Source of the DNA: Dehalococcoidia bacterium
GTDB taxonomy: Bacteria; Chloroflexota; Dehalococcoidia; Bin125
NCBI GenBank assembly: GCA_963555985.3
Contig: OY820591.1
Span: 288,001-352,000 of the forward strand
Direction: 5' to 3'
Length of the DNA: 64,000 nt
Shown here: positions 47,621-55,855 of the stretch, piece after piece
How positions within the stretch are numbered: the stretch's first letter is position 1
How the letters are laid out: every line of letters starts with the position of its first letter
The notes under the pieces: model-generated
Seen by the model: only the letters and a program-made list of their open reading frames with translations
Told to the model about the DNA's origin: nothing
Database searches by the model: none
Program-made: the position numbers and the translations under genes

Positions 47621-48283
47621 CTACGGCTGCCAGATTGTCCCCAGGCGCGTCTTTCCGCGCCAGGACTCTACCGAGATCACGAAGCGACGGATGTCCGGTA
47701 CGGCGTAGTCCACCGTGAGCTCGGCGAGTCCAGACAGACCTTGAGTCGCAGCGCGCTGCTCGATGGATTGAAATGACTCGAAGGAACGCTTGGTGACTTT
47801 GCCGAACATGGGCATGGCGAAGCCGGAGTTGATCGGGCAGACCGTGATCCGCTCCATGTAGCTGTCGACCAAGCCGCGAGTGTCCAAGGTGAGCACGTCG
47901 TGCGGATCGTTCCGGTAGGGTGCTGCGTTGAGCATTCGCATGAGGCGGTCTTCGGAGAGCCAGAGGAACGCCTTGCGATTGAGGAAGCGGTACCACTGCT
48001 CGGGCGTGATGCCGTCCAATCCCTTCGCCAGGTGTTTGGGCGGCATGGGCCATTGGTCGCGGATCACAGCGGTCCCGTGGATTGGATGATTGATCGGTAC
48101 CTTCGCCGGCCGCCACTGTGATTCAAGGCTGGTTCGATCCTTGCCGTCAAGCTCGAACAGATCCAGCAAGGCGGTCGTGCTGAGCAGCCCTTGCTCGCAA
48201 ATGCGCGGCCAACTGCCTGACTCGGCCATGTGGTAGAGGCGCGGATATCGCGCGACGAACTGATCCAGCAGGCGGGAGATCAC
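47621..48283 (-). CDS. DUF7002-like protein, possible DarT-related ADP-ribosyltransferase fold
   Basis: LYHM..SWPRI...GLLS at the N-terminus and a late AELTV echo the DarT YHxT..N...I...GL and QAE motifs. Confidence 0.6.
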   Translation of the reverse strand: MISRLLDQFVARYPRLYHMAESGSWPRICEQGLLSTTALLDLFELDGKDRTSLESQWRPAKVPINHPIHGTAVIRDQWPMPPKHLAKGLDGITPEQWYRFLNRKAFLWLSEDRLMRMLNAAPYRNDPHDVLTLDTRGLVDSYMERITVCPINSGFAMPMFGKVTKRSFESFQSIEQRAATQGLSGLAELTVDYAVPDIRRFVISVESWRGKTRLGTIWQP

Positions 48284-48387
48284 TGTCCTGGCTCCGATCG
48301 TCTATTGGCTCGCTGGGCGGCTTTGTTGGGCGCGGGCGGGAGTATTTTCGACCGCGCAGCGTGGATTGGCAGTGGAAGGCGGGGAAT

Positions 48388-48500
48388 TGTCCGACAGATA
48401 GTCCGAGATAGTCCAGATTTGTCCAGATCCGTCTGGATTTGTGGAGTGTGTGTGGCCGATTTTGTGGTGTGAATCCGGGGTTGTCCAGCTCTGTCCAGAT
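48388..48500. repeat. Diverged copy of the 10-bp-periodic core of the MITE
   Basis: GTCCAGATTT GTCCAGATCC GTCTGGATTT and GAATCCGGGGTTGTCCAGC shared with 40704-40801. Confidence 0.65.
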
Positions 48501-48557
48501 GGGCTGCGGCGGTCATGGCGGGTTCCGTTGTTGTCGGCGAGGGGGTGGGTGCGGTCG

Positions 48558-48578
48558 ATTATATGTGGACGGGTGTTC
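48558..48578 (-). promoter_or_regulatory. Sigma70-type -10 box (TATAAT) with adjacent SOS-box-like site
   Basis: Minus strand reads CGAACACCCGTCCACATATAAT; GAAC-N4-GTCC is one mismatch from GAAC-N4-GTTC. Confidence 0.4.
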
Positions 48579-48643
48579 GGTGGCGGGCCTTGGCTGTGCG
48601 GGGTTGTTGCGGGGGTGACAGTCGTGTTAGGGGGCGGGTCGAA

Positions 48644-48838
48644 TCCCCTCTGTCACTTCGTGACATCTCCCTCCCCGCCTGCGGAGGGAGATGCCGCGGG
48701 CAGAGAGGGGTCTGGGGTGGTCGCCGTTGCTGTGTGATCCCATCTGGTCAGGCGCAGCGGGGACCCCCCCTCTGTCACTTCGTGACATCTCCCCCCGCAA
48801 GGGGGGGAGAGGAGAGCGGACTTTTGCAAAAAGCACTC
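48644..48838. repeat. Cluster of family A repeats ending in a TIR-like motif
   Basis: CCCCTCTGTCACTTCGTGACATCTCCC occurs twice; ends GACTTTTGCAAAAAGCACTC. Confidence 0.8.
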
Positions 48839-49001
48839 TCCCGGCGTCAACTCCGTTGCGGCTCTCAAGAACCATTGTCGTTTCCACCGATGACACAACC
48901 GACAGGCGGCAATCATTCGCAGTGATTAGCGCTTATCTGAGTTCTTCAGCATCTGCTTCTCCCAACAGAATGAATACAAGGACCGAGGTGTCGATGATCA
49001 A
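48830..49001 (-). pseudogene. vapC: vapC (PIN toxin) pseudogene: in-frame stop and 3' truncation by repeat
   Basis: TTG start overlaps the vapB stop; MIIDTSVLVFILLGEADAEELR, TAA at 48935-48933, then ALITANDCRLSVVSSVETTMVLESRNG, then repeat DNA. Confidence 0.8.
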
Positions 49002-49255
49002 TATGGGAGTCCATTTTCGTCGTACATCCAGTGGTCGATGTCTCTCTGGGTCATGGGTCGCTTGATCACGGCCTCAATCTCCTCGAAGCCAGATCCAGCT
49101 CGGGACATCTCACGGATCTTCGCCTCGATCGCTTGCTCGCGTTCGATTGCCGACCGCAGTTCCGCTGTGATTGCCTTTTCCGGCGACACGCCGGTCAACG
49201 ACGCAAGTTCGCGTGCCAGTCGGCAGGTCTCTTCGTTCGTGATCGTCAGGCTCAT
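48998..49255 (-). CDS. vapB: VapB-family antitoxin (Rv0623-like)
   Basis: MSLTITNEETCRLARELASLTG and C-terminal YDENGLP, typical of this family. Confidence 0.85.
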   Translation of the reverse strand: MSLTITNEETCRLARELASLTGVSPEKAITAELRSAIEREQAIEAKIREMSRAGSGFEEIEAVIKRPMTQRDIDHWMYDENGLPY

Positions 49256-49343
49256 GCGACACTCGCAGTCCCGTCTTGCAGGGTCCTGATTACGATATCG
49301 CGCTCCGCTAGCCTGAGGGCGCTGGAGACTTGGTTCGGAGGGA

Positions 49344-50567
49344 GTGCGAGTGACTGCTGAACAGCCAACTGCGACGCCGTTGTTGAAGGGCCTCAAAGTC
49401 GTCGAGATGGCGACCTGGCTGTTCGGGCCGATGAGCGCCTGCATTTTGGGCGAGCTCGGCGCCGACGTGATCAAGGTCGAGCCGCATGAGGGCGATCCGA
49501 TGCGCGGGTTGATTCATCGGCTGCATGACGGGGTGGATTGGGTCTTTGAGATTCCCAATCGGAACAAACGCAGCGTGGCTCTGAATGTGCGCACGCCCGA
49601 GGGCATCGAGGCGCTGCGCCGGCTGCTGAGCGACGCCGACGTGTTCATCGTCAATCTGCGGCGGGGCGCGCTGGAGCGGCTGGGGATCGACTATGGGTCG
49701 ATCCAGGCGGAGCATCCGCGTTTGATCTACGCGCACGCGACCGGCTACGGCACGGAGGGGCCGGATATCGACCGTCCCGCCTTTGACGAGCTGGCTTACT
49801 GGGCGCGGGGCGGGTTCATGGAGACGCTCGGCCCGCCCGACAGCGAGCCGATCCGGTTGGTCGGCGCGATGGGCGATTTGCCCAGCGCGATGAATCTCTC
49901 GGCGGCGATCTTCGCGGCGCTGTATCAGCGCGAGTTGACCGGCGAGGGGCAGTTCGTGACCTGCTCGCTTTACGGCGGCGGGATTTGGGCGAACGGCTTT
50001 GCGATCCAGGGTGCGCTGGCAACCGGTCAGAACTTCCCACGCAGCGACCGCTACAGCGCGTTCAATCCGCTGTACAACTCCTATCGAGCGGCGGACGGCA
50101 AGTGGATGCAGTTGGCGATGATCCAGGAGGAGCGCTTCTGGGGTCCGTTTGCGGAAGCGATTGAGCAGCCGATTTTGACGGAGGATGCGCGGTTTGCGGT
50201 CGCCAATGAGCGGCGGAAGCACATCCGCGAGGCGGTGGAGGTGATCGAGCGGCGGATCGGCGAGCAGCCGCGCGAGCACTGGGCGGCGATCTTCGACGCC
50301 AACGACTTTCCCTGGGCGCCGGCGGCGGATTCAGTGGAGATCGCCAATGATCCGCAGGCGGCGGCCAACGGCTACGTGCGCACGATGCAGCATCGGACGG
50401 CTGGCGAGTTCAAGATTTTCGGTCTGCCGTTCCAGCTCGAGCAGGCGCCGGCGAAGACGTTCAGCAGCGCGCCTGAGTTGGGCGAGCACACCGAGCTGGT
50501 GCTGGAAGAGTTGGGCTACGACTGGGACGAGATCGCAGGTATGAAGCAGGCGGGGGTGATTCCTTAG
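49344..50567 (+). CDS. CaiB/BaiF family III CoA-transferase
   Basis: LGADVIKVEP, GDPMR, NRNKRS, GYG-EGP, APELGEHT. Confidence 0.92.
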   Translation: MRVTAEQPTATPLLKGLKVVEMATWLFGPMSACILGELGADVIKVEPHEGDPMRGLIHRLHDGVDWVFEIPNRNKRSVALNVRTPEGIEALRRLLSDADVFIVNLRRGALERLGIDYGSIQAEHPRLIYAHATGYGTEGPDIDRPAFDELAYWARGGFMETLGPPDSEPIRLVGAMGDLPSAMNLSAAIFAALYQRELTGEGQFVTCSLYGGGIWANGFAIQGALATGQNFPRSDRYSAFNPLYNSYRAADGKWMQLAMIQEERFWGPFAEAIEQPILTEDARFAVANERRKHIREAVEVIERRIGEQPREHWAAIFDANDFPWAPAADSVEIANDPQAAANGYVRTMQHRTAGEFKIFGLPFQLEQAPAKTFSSAPELGEHTELVLEELGYDWDEIAGMKQAGVIP

Positions 50568-50586
50568 AGGGCAAGGAATGCCAGAA

Positions 50587-50643
50587 CCCTCACCCCAGCT
50601 CCCCGCCTGCGCGGGGACAGGCTCTCTTCCAGGGGGAGAGGGA
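50587..50643. repeat. CCCTCACCCC..GGGAGAGGG REP-like repeat with 23-bp micro-insert
   Basis: CCCTCACCCCAGCT[CCCCGCCTGCGCGGGGACAGGCT]CTCTTCCAGGGGGAGAGGG. Confidence 0.75.
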
Positions 50644-50659
50644 GCAAGAAGGAGAGCAG

Positions 50660-51547
50660 ATGCCGGAAATCATTGACTTTCGAGTAACCCTGCCGCCGCG
50701 CGAGTACGCCGATCCGTCGGGCGACGGCGACGAGCGCTTCAGCGACAGCAGCTATCTGTCCAACTACAACCGCATCTACACGCGCGAACGCGGCGGCGGC
50801 GCGGACGCGCAGGCGATGATCGCCGCGATTGCGGAGGCGGGTATCGACCGGGCGGTGCTCCAGGCCGAGTGGGGCGCGGGCGACTATCGGGCGATGAACG
50901 ACGCGGTGCATCGGATTGTGGCGGGGCATCCGGAGATGCTGACGGGATACGTGACGGTCAATCCGGCGGCGGGCGACAACATGGCGGCGGTGGTCGAGCG
51001 AGAGGTGCGCGAGCGCGGCGCGAAGGGCGTCAATCTCCAGCCGTTCTCGTATCGCGTGCTGGCCAACGACAAGCGCTTCTATCCGCTTTACTCGAAGTGC
51101 CAGGAACTGGGCGTTCCGGTCACGATTCATTCCTCGATCAACTTTTCCAACGACCGCCCCATCGAGTACGGCCGTCCGCTGTACCTCGACGAGATCGCCT
51201 GCGATTTCCCCGACCTCGTGATCGTCGCCAATCACGGCGGCTGGCCCTGGGTCAACGAGCTGGTCGCGGTGGCGTGGAAGCACGCCAACGTCTACATCGA
51301 GATCGGGGCGGTCGCGCCGAAGTACATCGGCACGCCGGGGACGGGTTGGGAGACGTTGATGCAATACGGCAACTCGTCGCTACTGAGTGATCGGGTGCTG
51401 TTCGCCACCGACAATATGATTCCGTATCGGCGGGCGGTGCAGGAACTGCAAGAGTTGCCGCTCAAGGATCATGTGAAAGAAGGCTGGCTCGGCGAGAACG
51501 CCGCCCGCCTGCTGGCGCAGGTGGAGGATCGCCTGGCCGTCCTGTGA
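50660..51547 (+). CDS. Amidohydrolase family 2 protein
   Basis: PVTIHS, HGGWPW, NVYI, LFATD, GENAARLL. Confidence 0.88.
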   Translation: MPEIIDFRVTLPPREYADPSGDGDERFSDSSYLSNYNRIYTRERGGGADAQAMIAAIAEAGIDRAVLQAEWGAGDYRAMNDAVHRIVAGHPEMLTGYVTVNPAAGDNMAAVVEREVRERGAKGVNLQPFSYRVLANDKRFYPLYSKCQELGVPVTIHSSINFSNDRPIEYGRPLYLDEIACDFPDLVIVANHGGWPWVNELVAVAWKHANVYIEIGAVAPKYIGTPGTGWETLMQYGNSSLLSDRVLFATDNMIPYRRAVQELQELPLKDHVKEGWLGENAARLLAQVEDRLAVL

Positions 51548-51572
51548 TGTACCCCTACAGAGAGCGCGCGCT

Positions 51573-52004
51573 ATGAGCGAAAGAGACCACGCCCTACGCC
51601 AAAATGCGGAGTCAACCGATCGTCTGCGCGGGATCGTCGGGCGACTCACGGACACAGACCTGGAACGCTCGCTGGGCGGCGGTTGGACGGTCGGGTTCGC
51701 GCTCGTACACCTCGCGTTTTGGGATGCGCGTCAGGTCTTTGCGGTGCAGAGCTTTGCTCGCGGCGACGGCTTCCCGTCCGAGGACTGGATGACGAACGCC
51801 ACGCTGGAATCGATTGCGCCGCTGTTCCGCGCCGACATCGCCGCTGACATGGCTGTCACAGCCGCCGAGCGGCTCGACGCGACACTCGCGAAACTCAGCG
51901 CCGAGCAGCACGCCGCCTTGCGCGAGGCAGGCTTTGCATATGCAATCGAGCGTTGGCCGCACCACGAGGAGCATCTGGCGCAGATCGAGGAGGTCTTGGT
52001 GTGA
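51573..52004 (+). CDS. DinB/MDMPI-like four-helix protein
   Basis: GWTV..ALVHLAFWD and HHEEHL metal-binding histidines. Confidence 0.75.
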   Translation: MSERDHALRQNAESTDRLRGIVGRLTDTDLERSLGGGWTVGFALVHLAFWDARQVFAVQSFARGDGFPSEDWMTNATLESIAPLFRADIAADMAVTAAERLDATLAKLSAEQHAALREAGFAYAIERWPHHEEHLAQIEEVLV

Positions 52005-52531
52005 GGGCTTGGGACCTGCGAGCGCGTCGCGTCACCAACCGGCAGTTCGGATGGACTATCGCCTTCATGTTGCTGTTGGGTTCCCTCTGGCTTCTGTCCG
52101 CTGCCTGTAGCGGCGGCGAAGCGGACGCCACTGTCGGTGAGGCGGAGACGGCGGACTACGAGACGAGCGAGGCAACGGAGACGAGCGCTCCTGAGCCGGT
52201 CGCCACAGCCGACGGAGAGCTATCCGATGCGGCTGAGGCGGGCAAGAAGCTGTTCATCGCCAATTGCGCACAGTGTCACGGCCGCCGGGCGGACGGCACG
52301 GACCAGGGGCCGCCGCTGGTGCACCAGATCTACGAGCCGGGGCATCATGGCAACGCCAGCTTCGTGATCGCCGTCACGCGAGGCGTCCGCGCCCATCACT
52401 GGGACTTCGGCAACATGCCCGCCGTCGCCGGCCTCTCCATCGACGATATCCACCAGGTCATCTGCTACGTGCGCGAGTTGCAGGTAGCGAATGACATCAT
52501 TGGTGAGGTGCCGGCGTCAACGCCTTGTTGA
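52001..52531 (+). CDS. Monoheme cytochrome c lipoprotein
   Basis: Lipobox SAAC, CAQCH heme motif, GPPL, HHWDFGNMP; GTG start overlaps the upstream stop. Confidence 0.85.
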   Translation: MRAWDLRARRVTNRQFGWTIAFMLLLGSLWLLSAACSGGEADATVGEAETADYETSEATETSAPEPVATADGELSDAAEAGKKLFIANCAQCHGRRADGTDQGPPLVHQIYEPGHHGNASFVIAVTRGVRAHHWDFGNMPAVAGLSIDDIHQVICYVRELQVANDIIGEVPASTPC

Positions 52532-52538
52532 GGGGGGT

Positions 52539-53738
52539 CTAGCCGACGACTCCCGACTCTCGCAGCTGAGCAATCGCCTCGGGCGCGCAACCGATCTCTT
52601 GCAGCAGCGCATCTGTGTCCTGACCTAACTCTGGCCCTAGACACTTCACTCGACCCTGGACGCCATTCGCCCGGATCGGCGAACCCACCGTGGTCAGTGT
52701 GCCGAAGCGGGCGTCCTCGTACCGGACGATGTACTCGTTGGCGGCGGCCTGCTCATCCTTGGCGATCATGGGGTAGTCCTGGATTAGGGTGCTCGGCACT
52801 TCTTCGGCGTCGAACCGCGACGGCCATTCGGCGGCCGGTCGGGTGGCAATCGTCGAAGCGACTTCGCTCCTCAGTTCCTCCAGGTTTGCGTTGCGGTCGG
52901 CGAGTGTGCTGAAGCGCGGGTCGGTGACCAGGTCTTCGCGCTCGAGCGCCCGGCACATCGGTACCCAGCGGTCGGTGATGTAGCCGACGAAGAGCCAGTC
53001 GCCGTCGGAACCCTGCGCTTGCAGGGTGAACATGTTCGAGATGGGCATGTTGCGGGCGGAGGGCACGATGTTGCCGTTGGCGATGGCGTTGATCGCGGGC
53101 GCGCGGCCCCAGATTTGGCTGCCGTAGAGCGATGTCTGCACGAGTTGGCCCTCGCCGCTGCGTTCGCGTGCGACCAGGGCGCTGGCGATGGCAAAAGCGA
53201 AGATCATGCCGCCGGTCTGGTCGGGGTCGGGGGCGGCGACGTTCGCGTATGGTTTGGCGCCATTCTCGCCGCGGACACCGTTGGGCCACATGCCGCCGCC
53301 GGCCGCGCCGGCGACTGAGGCCCATGAGGTCGCGTTCGCTCGCGGCCCCTTCGGTCCGAAGCCGCTGGCGCTCGCGTAGACGAGCTTGGGATTGCGCTGC
53401 TTGAGCTCTTCCCAACCGAGGCCGAGGCGGTCCATCACGCCCGGTTTGAAGTTCTCGGTGACCACATCGACGCGCTTGACCAGTTCGTAGATCAGATTGC
53501 GCCCCTCGGACGAGCGCAGATCGACGGCGATGCTGCGCTTGCCTCGGTGGTGAGTGTGGAAATACTGCGAGAATCCGTCCGCGCGTCTGGCGACGTGCCG
53601 CGAGGGATCGCCAACCTTGAGGCGCTCCACCTTGATCACCTCAGCGCCGAGGTCGGACATCAGCACAGTCGCCGATGGGCCTTGCTGAAATTGCGTGAAG
53701 TCGAGTACACGGATGCCGTCGAGTAGTGGTTGGGTCAT
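52539..53738 (-). CDS. CaiB/BaiF family III CoA-transferase
   Basis: LDGIRVLDF, GAEVIKVE, GKRS, ENFKPG, SGFG-KGP, PELGQDT. Confidence 0.92.
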   Translation of the reverse strand: MTQPLLDGIRVLDFTQFQQGPSATVLMSDLGAEVIKVERLKVGDPSRHVARRADGFSQYFHTHHRGKRSIAVDLRSSEGRNLIYELVKRVDVVTENFKPGVMDRLGLGWEELKQRNPKLVYASASGFGPKGPRANATSWASVAGAAGGGMWPNGVRGENGAKPYANVAAPDPDQTGGMIFAFAIASALVARERSGEGQLVQTSLYGSQIWGRAPAINAIANGNIVPSARNMPISNMFTLQAQGSDGDWLFVGYITDRWVPMCRALEREDLVTDPRFSTLADRNANLEELRSEVASTIATRPAAEWPSRFDAEEVPSTLIQDYPMIAKDEQAAANEYIVRYEDARFGTLTTVGSPIRANGVQGRVKCLGPELGQDTDALLQEIGCAPEAIAQLRESGVVG

Positions 53739-53818
53739 GGTTGCCGCCTCCGGATCTGGGATCAGTGAGTACGAATATACGCGGCGCTAATCTCTGAGCT
53801 CGGGGAAGGATCAGCGCC

Positions 53819-54925
53819 ATGAAGATTACCGATATCACTTGCACCCCGCTGACGATCGGCAAGAGCCTGCTCAGGGTCGTGACCAACGCCGGGGTCGAGG
53901 GCTGGGCTGAGGTACCGGGCGGCAACTACAACACGAGCTCGAAGGCGGCTGTCTTCCAGGCGTACCTCGAGACCGACATCAAGCGAGCCCTGTTGGGTGA
54001 AGACCCGCGCCTGATCGACCGTCACTGGGAGACGCTGGCGCTGGGTCGGGGCGAACGCGCCTACAAGCTCCCCGGCTGGGTGGTTGGAGTGGTGGACGTG
54101 GCGCTTTGGGATCTGCTGGGTAAGGAGACCGGCCTGCCGGTGCATACGCTGATGGGCGGCGCGCGCCGCACCACCATTCCGCTGTACTGGAGCACCGGCT
54201 CGGGCTGGCGGATGCAGCCGGAAGAGATGCTGGCGCTAGTCGAGGCGGGCAAGGAACAGGGCTACGAGTCCTTCAAGATTCGGATGGACTGGCGCGGCTG
54301 GCGACAGGACATTGATCCGGAGAAGGACTTCCGGATCTTCAAGTTGGTGCGCGAGTACCTAGACGAAGGCCAGTACCTCGGCTTTGACGCCAACAACGGC
54401 TACTCGGTCTCGACGGCGATCCAGCAGGGACGGCGTTTCGAGGAGCTAGGTATCGACCACTTCGAGGAGCCGATCCCGCACTACGATCTGCTCGGGCTGA
54501 AGCAGGTGTCCGACGCTCTGGACGTGGCGGTCTCGGCCGGGGAGCAGGACGCTTACCGCTGGTGGTTCGAGCACCTGGTGCTGCTCGGCAACGTGGACAT
54601 CCTCCAGCCGGACATTCTCAACGCGGGCGGCCCCAGCGAGGTCAAGCGCATCTTCGAGATGGCGACGGTGCTGAACAAGCCGGTGATGCCGCATAGTCCG
54701 CAGGCTGGGATCAACTCGATGGCGTCGTTGCACGTCTACGCCACCGTGCAGAACGCTACCCGTCCGCATGAGTACTCGGAGGAGTTCTCTGGCCCGATTG
54801 ATGACGTGGCTGACCTGTACGGCGAGTCGGTGATTCCGAAAGACGGCTGCATCCAGCTCAGCGACAAGCCGGGCTACGGGATCGAGTTGAACGAGGCGGC
54901 GGTGCAGCGGTTGACGGTGCGCTAG
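53819..54925 (+). CDS. Mandelate racemase/muconate lactonizing enzyme family protein
   Basis: DVALWDLLGK, KIR, DAN, EEP, GE, QPD, PH motifs. Confidence 0.9.
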   Translation: MKITDITCTPLTIGKSLLRVVTNAGVEGWAEVPGGNYNTSSKAAVFQAYLETDIKRALLGEDPRLIDRHWETLALGRGERAYKLPGWVVGVVDVALWDLLGKETGLPVHTLMGGARRTTIPLYWSTGSGWRMQPEEMLALVEAGKEQGYESFKIRMDWRGWRQDIDPEKDFRIFKLVREYLDEGQYLGFDANNGYSVSTAIQQGRRFEELGIDHFEEPIPHYDLLGLKQVSDALDVAVSAGEQDAYRWWFEHLVLLGNVDILQPDILNAGGPSEVKRIFEMATVLNKPVMPHSPQAGINSMASLHVYATVQNATRPHEYSEEFSGPIDDVADLYGESVIPKDGCIQLSDKPGYGIELNEAAVQRLTVR

Positions 54926-55347
54926 GTCGTCTCGTATTCCCACGGGTTGATGATCTCGATGCCTAGTCCCTCGAAGTCGCTCACATTGCGAGTCACGACC
55001 GTCATCTCGTGGGCCATCGCCGTGCCAGCGATCAACGCGTCCGCGATACTGATCGTTCGTCCGCTGCGGCTTGCCCGCGCCCGCAGTACCGCCGCCAATT
55101 CGGCCGCCAATCTGTCCAGTGAAACGATGCGATTCTCGAATGCTGAGAGGAACTGTACGTGTGTGGCATACAGTCGCTCACGGCGGCGACCGTCGGGAAG
55201 CCGTTGCAGTCCGAACTCCAATTCATGCAAGACGACCGCCGAGATCCATTGGTCGGGATGCTCCAGGATGAACGCGGCCACGCGAGGGTTGGGGTCATCG
55301 TTCGCGAGCTCTGAGACGACATTGGTGTCCAGTAGATAGCCACTCAC
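54922..55347 (-). CDS. vapC: VapC-like PIN toxin
   Basis: YLLDTNVVSE, HEL, DALIAGTA, VTRNVSDF, INPW. Confidence 0.9.
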   Translation of the reverse strand: MSGYLLDTNVVSELANDDPNPRVAAFILEHPDQWISAVVLHELEFGLQRLPDGRRRERLYATHVQFLSAFENRIVSLDRLAAELAAVLRARASRSGRTISIADALIAGTAMAHEMTVVTRNVSDFEGLGIEIINPWEYETT

Positions 55348-55709
55348 TAGTTGTCCGGATCCGCCGCGTCAAACGCGGCCCAATCCTCTTCTGTCCAGTC
55401 GGCATAGGGAATTGGACGGTTCGACCCTCGTTCGTGCGGAATGTCGTCATAGATCCCGCGCGGCATCATCTGAAGCAAGTACTGACCTATGGACATTTGC
55501 GGCGGCTCGCCCGAGGGCGAGACGTCCTCCGACACTTGGGGCGACGGCTCACGCTCGAGCCAGACCTCCTCTGGCACGACGACATAGCGCTTGCGCCTGC
55601 CGATCCGTTGCGGGCCTTCGCTCTCGGCCAGGCGCAGAATCTCGGACAGCTTGGCCTTCGCTTCGGCGATGGTCCAGACGGGACGTGCTTCATGTTCTCG
55701 AAGGCTCAA
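55347..55709 (-). CDS. Phd/YefM-type antitoxin
   Basis: WTIAEAKAKLSEILRLAESEGPQRI; abuts vapC. Confidence 0.85.
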   Translation of the reverse strand: MSLREHEARPVWTIAEAKAKLSEILRLAESEGPQRIGRRKRYVVVPEEVWLEREPSPQVSEDVSPSGEPPQMSIGQYLLQMMPRGIYDDIPHERGSNRPIPYADWTEEDWAAFDAADPDN

Positions 55710-55784
55710 GGGGCAGCCCTCCGGTATGCACCAAGCCTGTCGGCGTGTCCAGGATGCGACTCCGCTGTCGTTGGCAGCAAGCCG

Positions 55785-55832
55785 GACCCCCCTCTGCCTT
55801 CGGCATCTCCCCCCGCGGTGCGGGGGGAGAGG
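55785..55832. repeat. REP-like family A repeat
   Basis: CCCCTCTGCCTTCGGCATCTCCCCCCGCGGTGCGGGGGGAGA. Confidence 0.8.
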
Positions 55833-55855
55833 AGATCCGGTTTGTTGGGCTGGTC

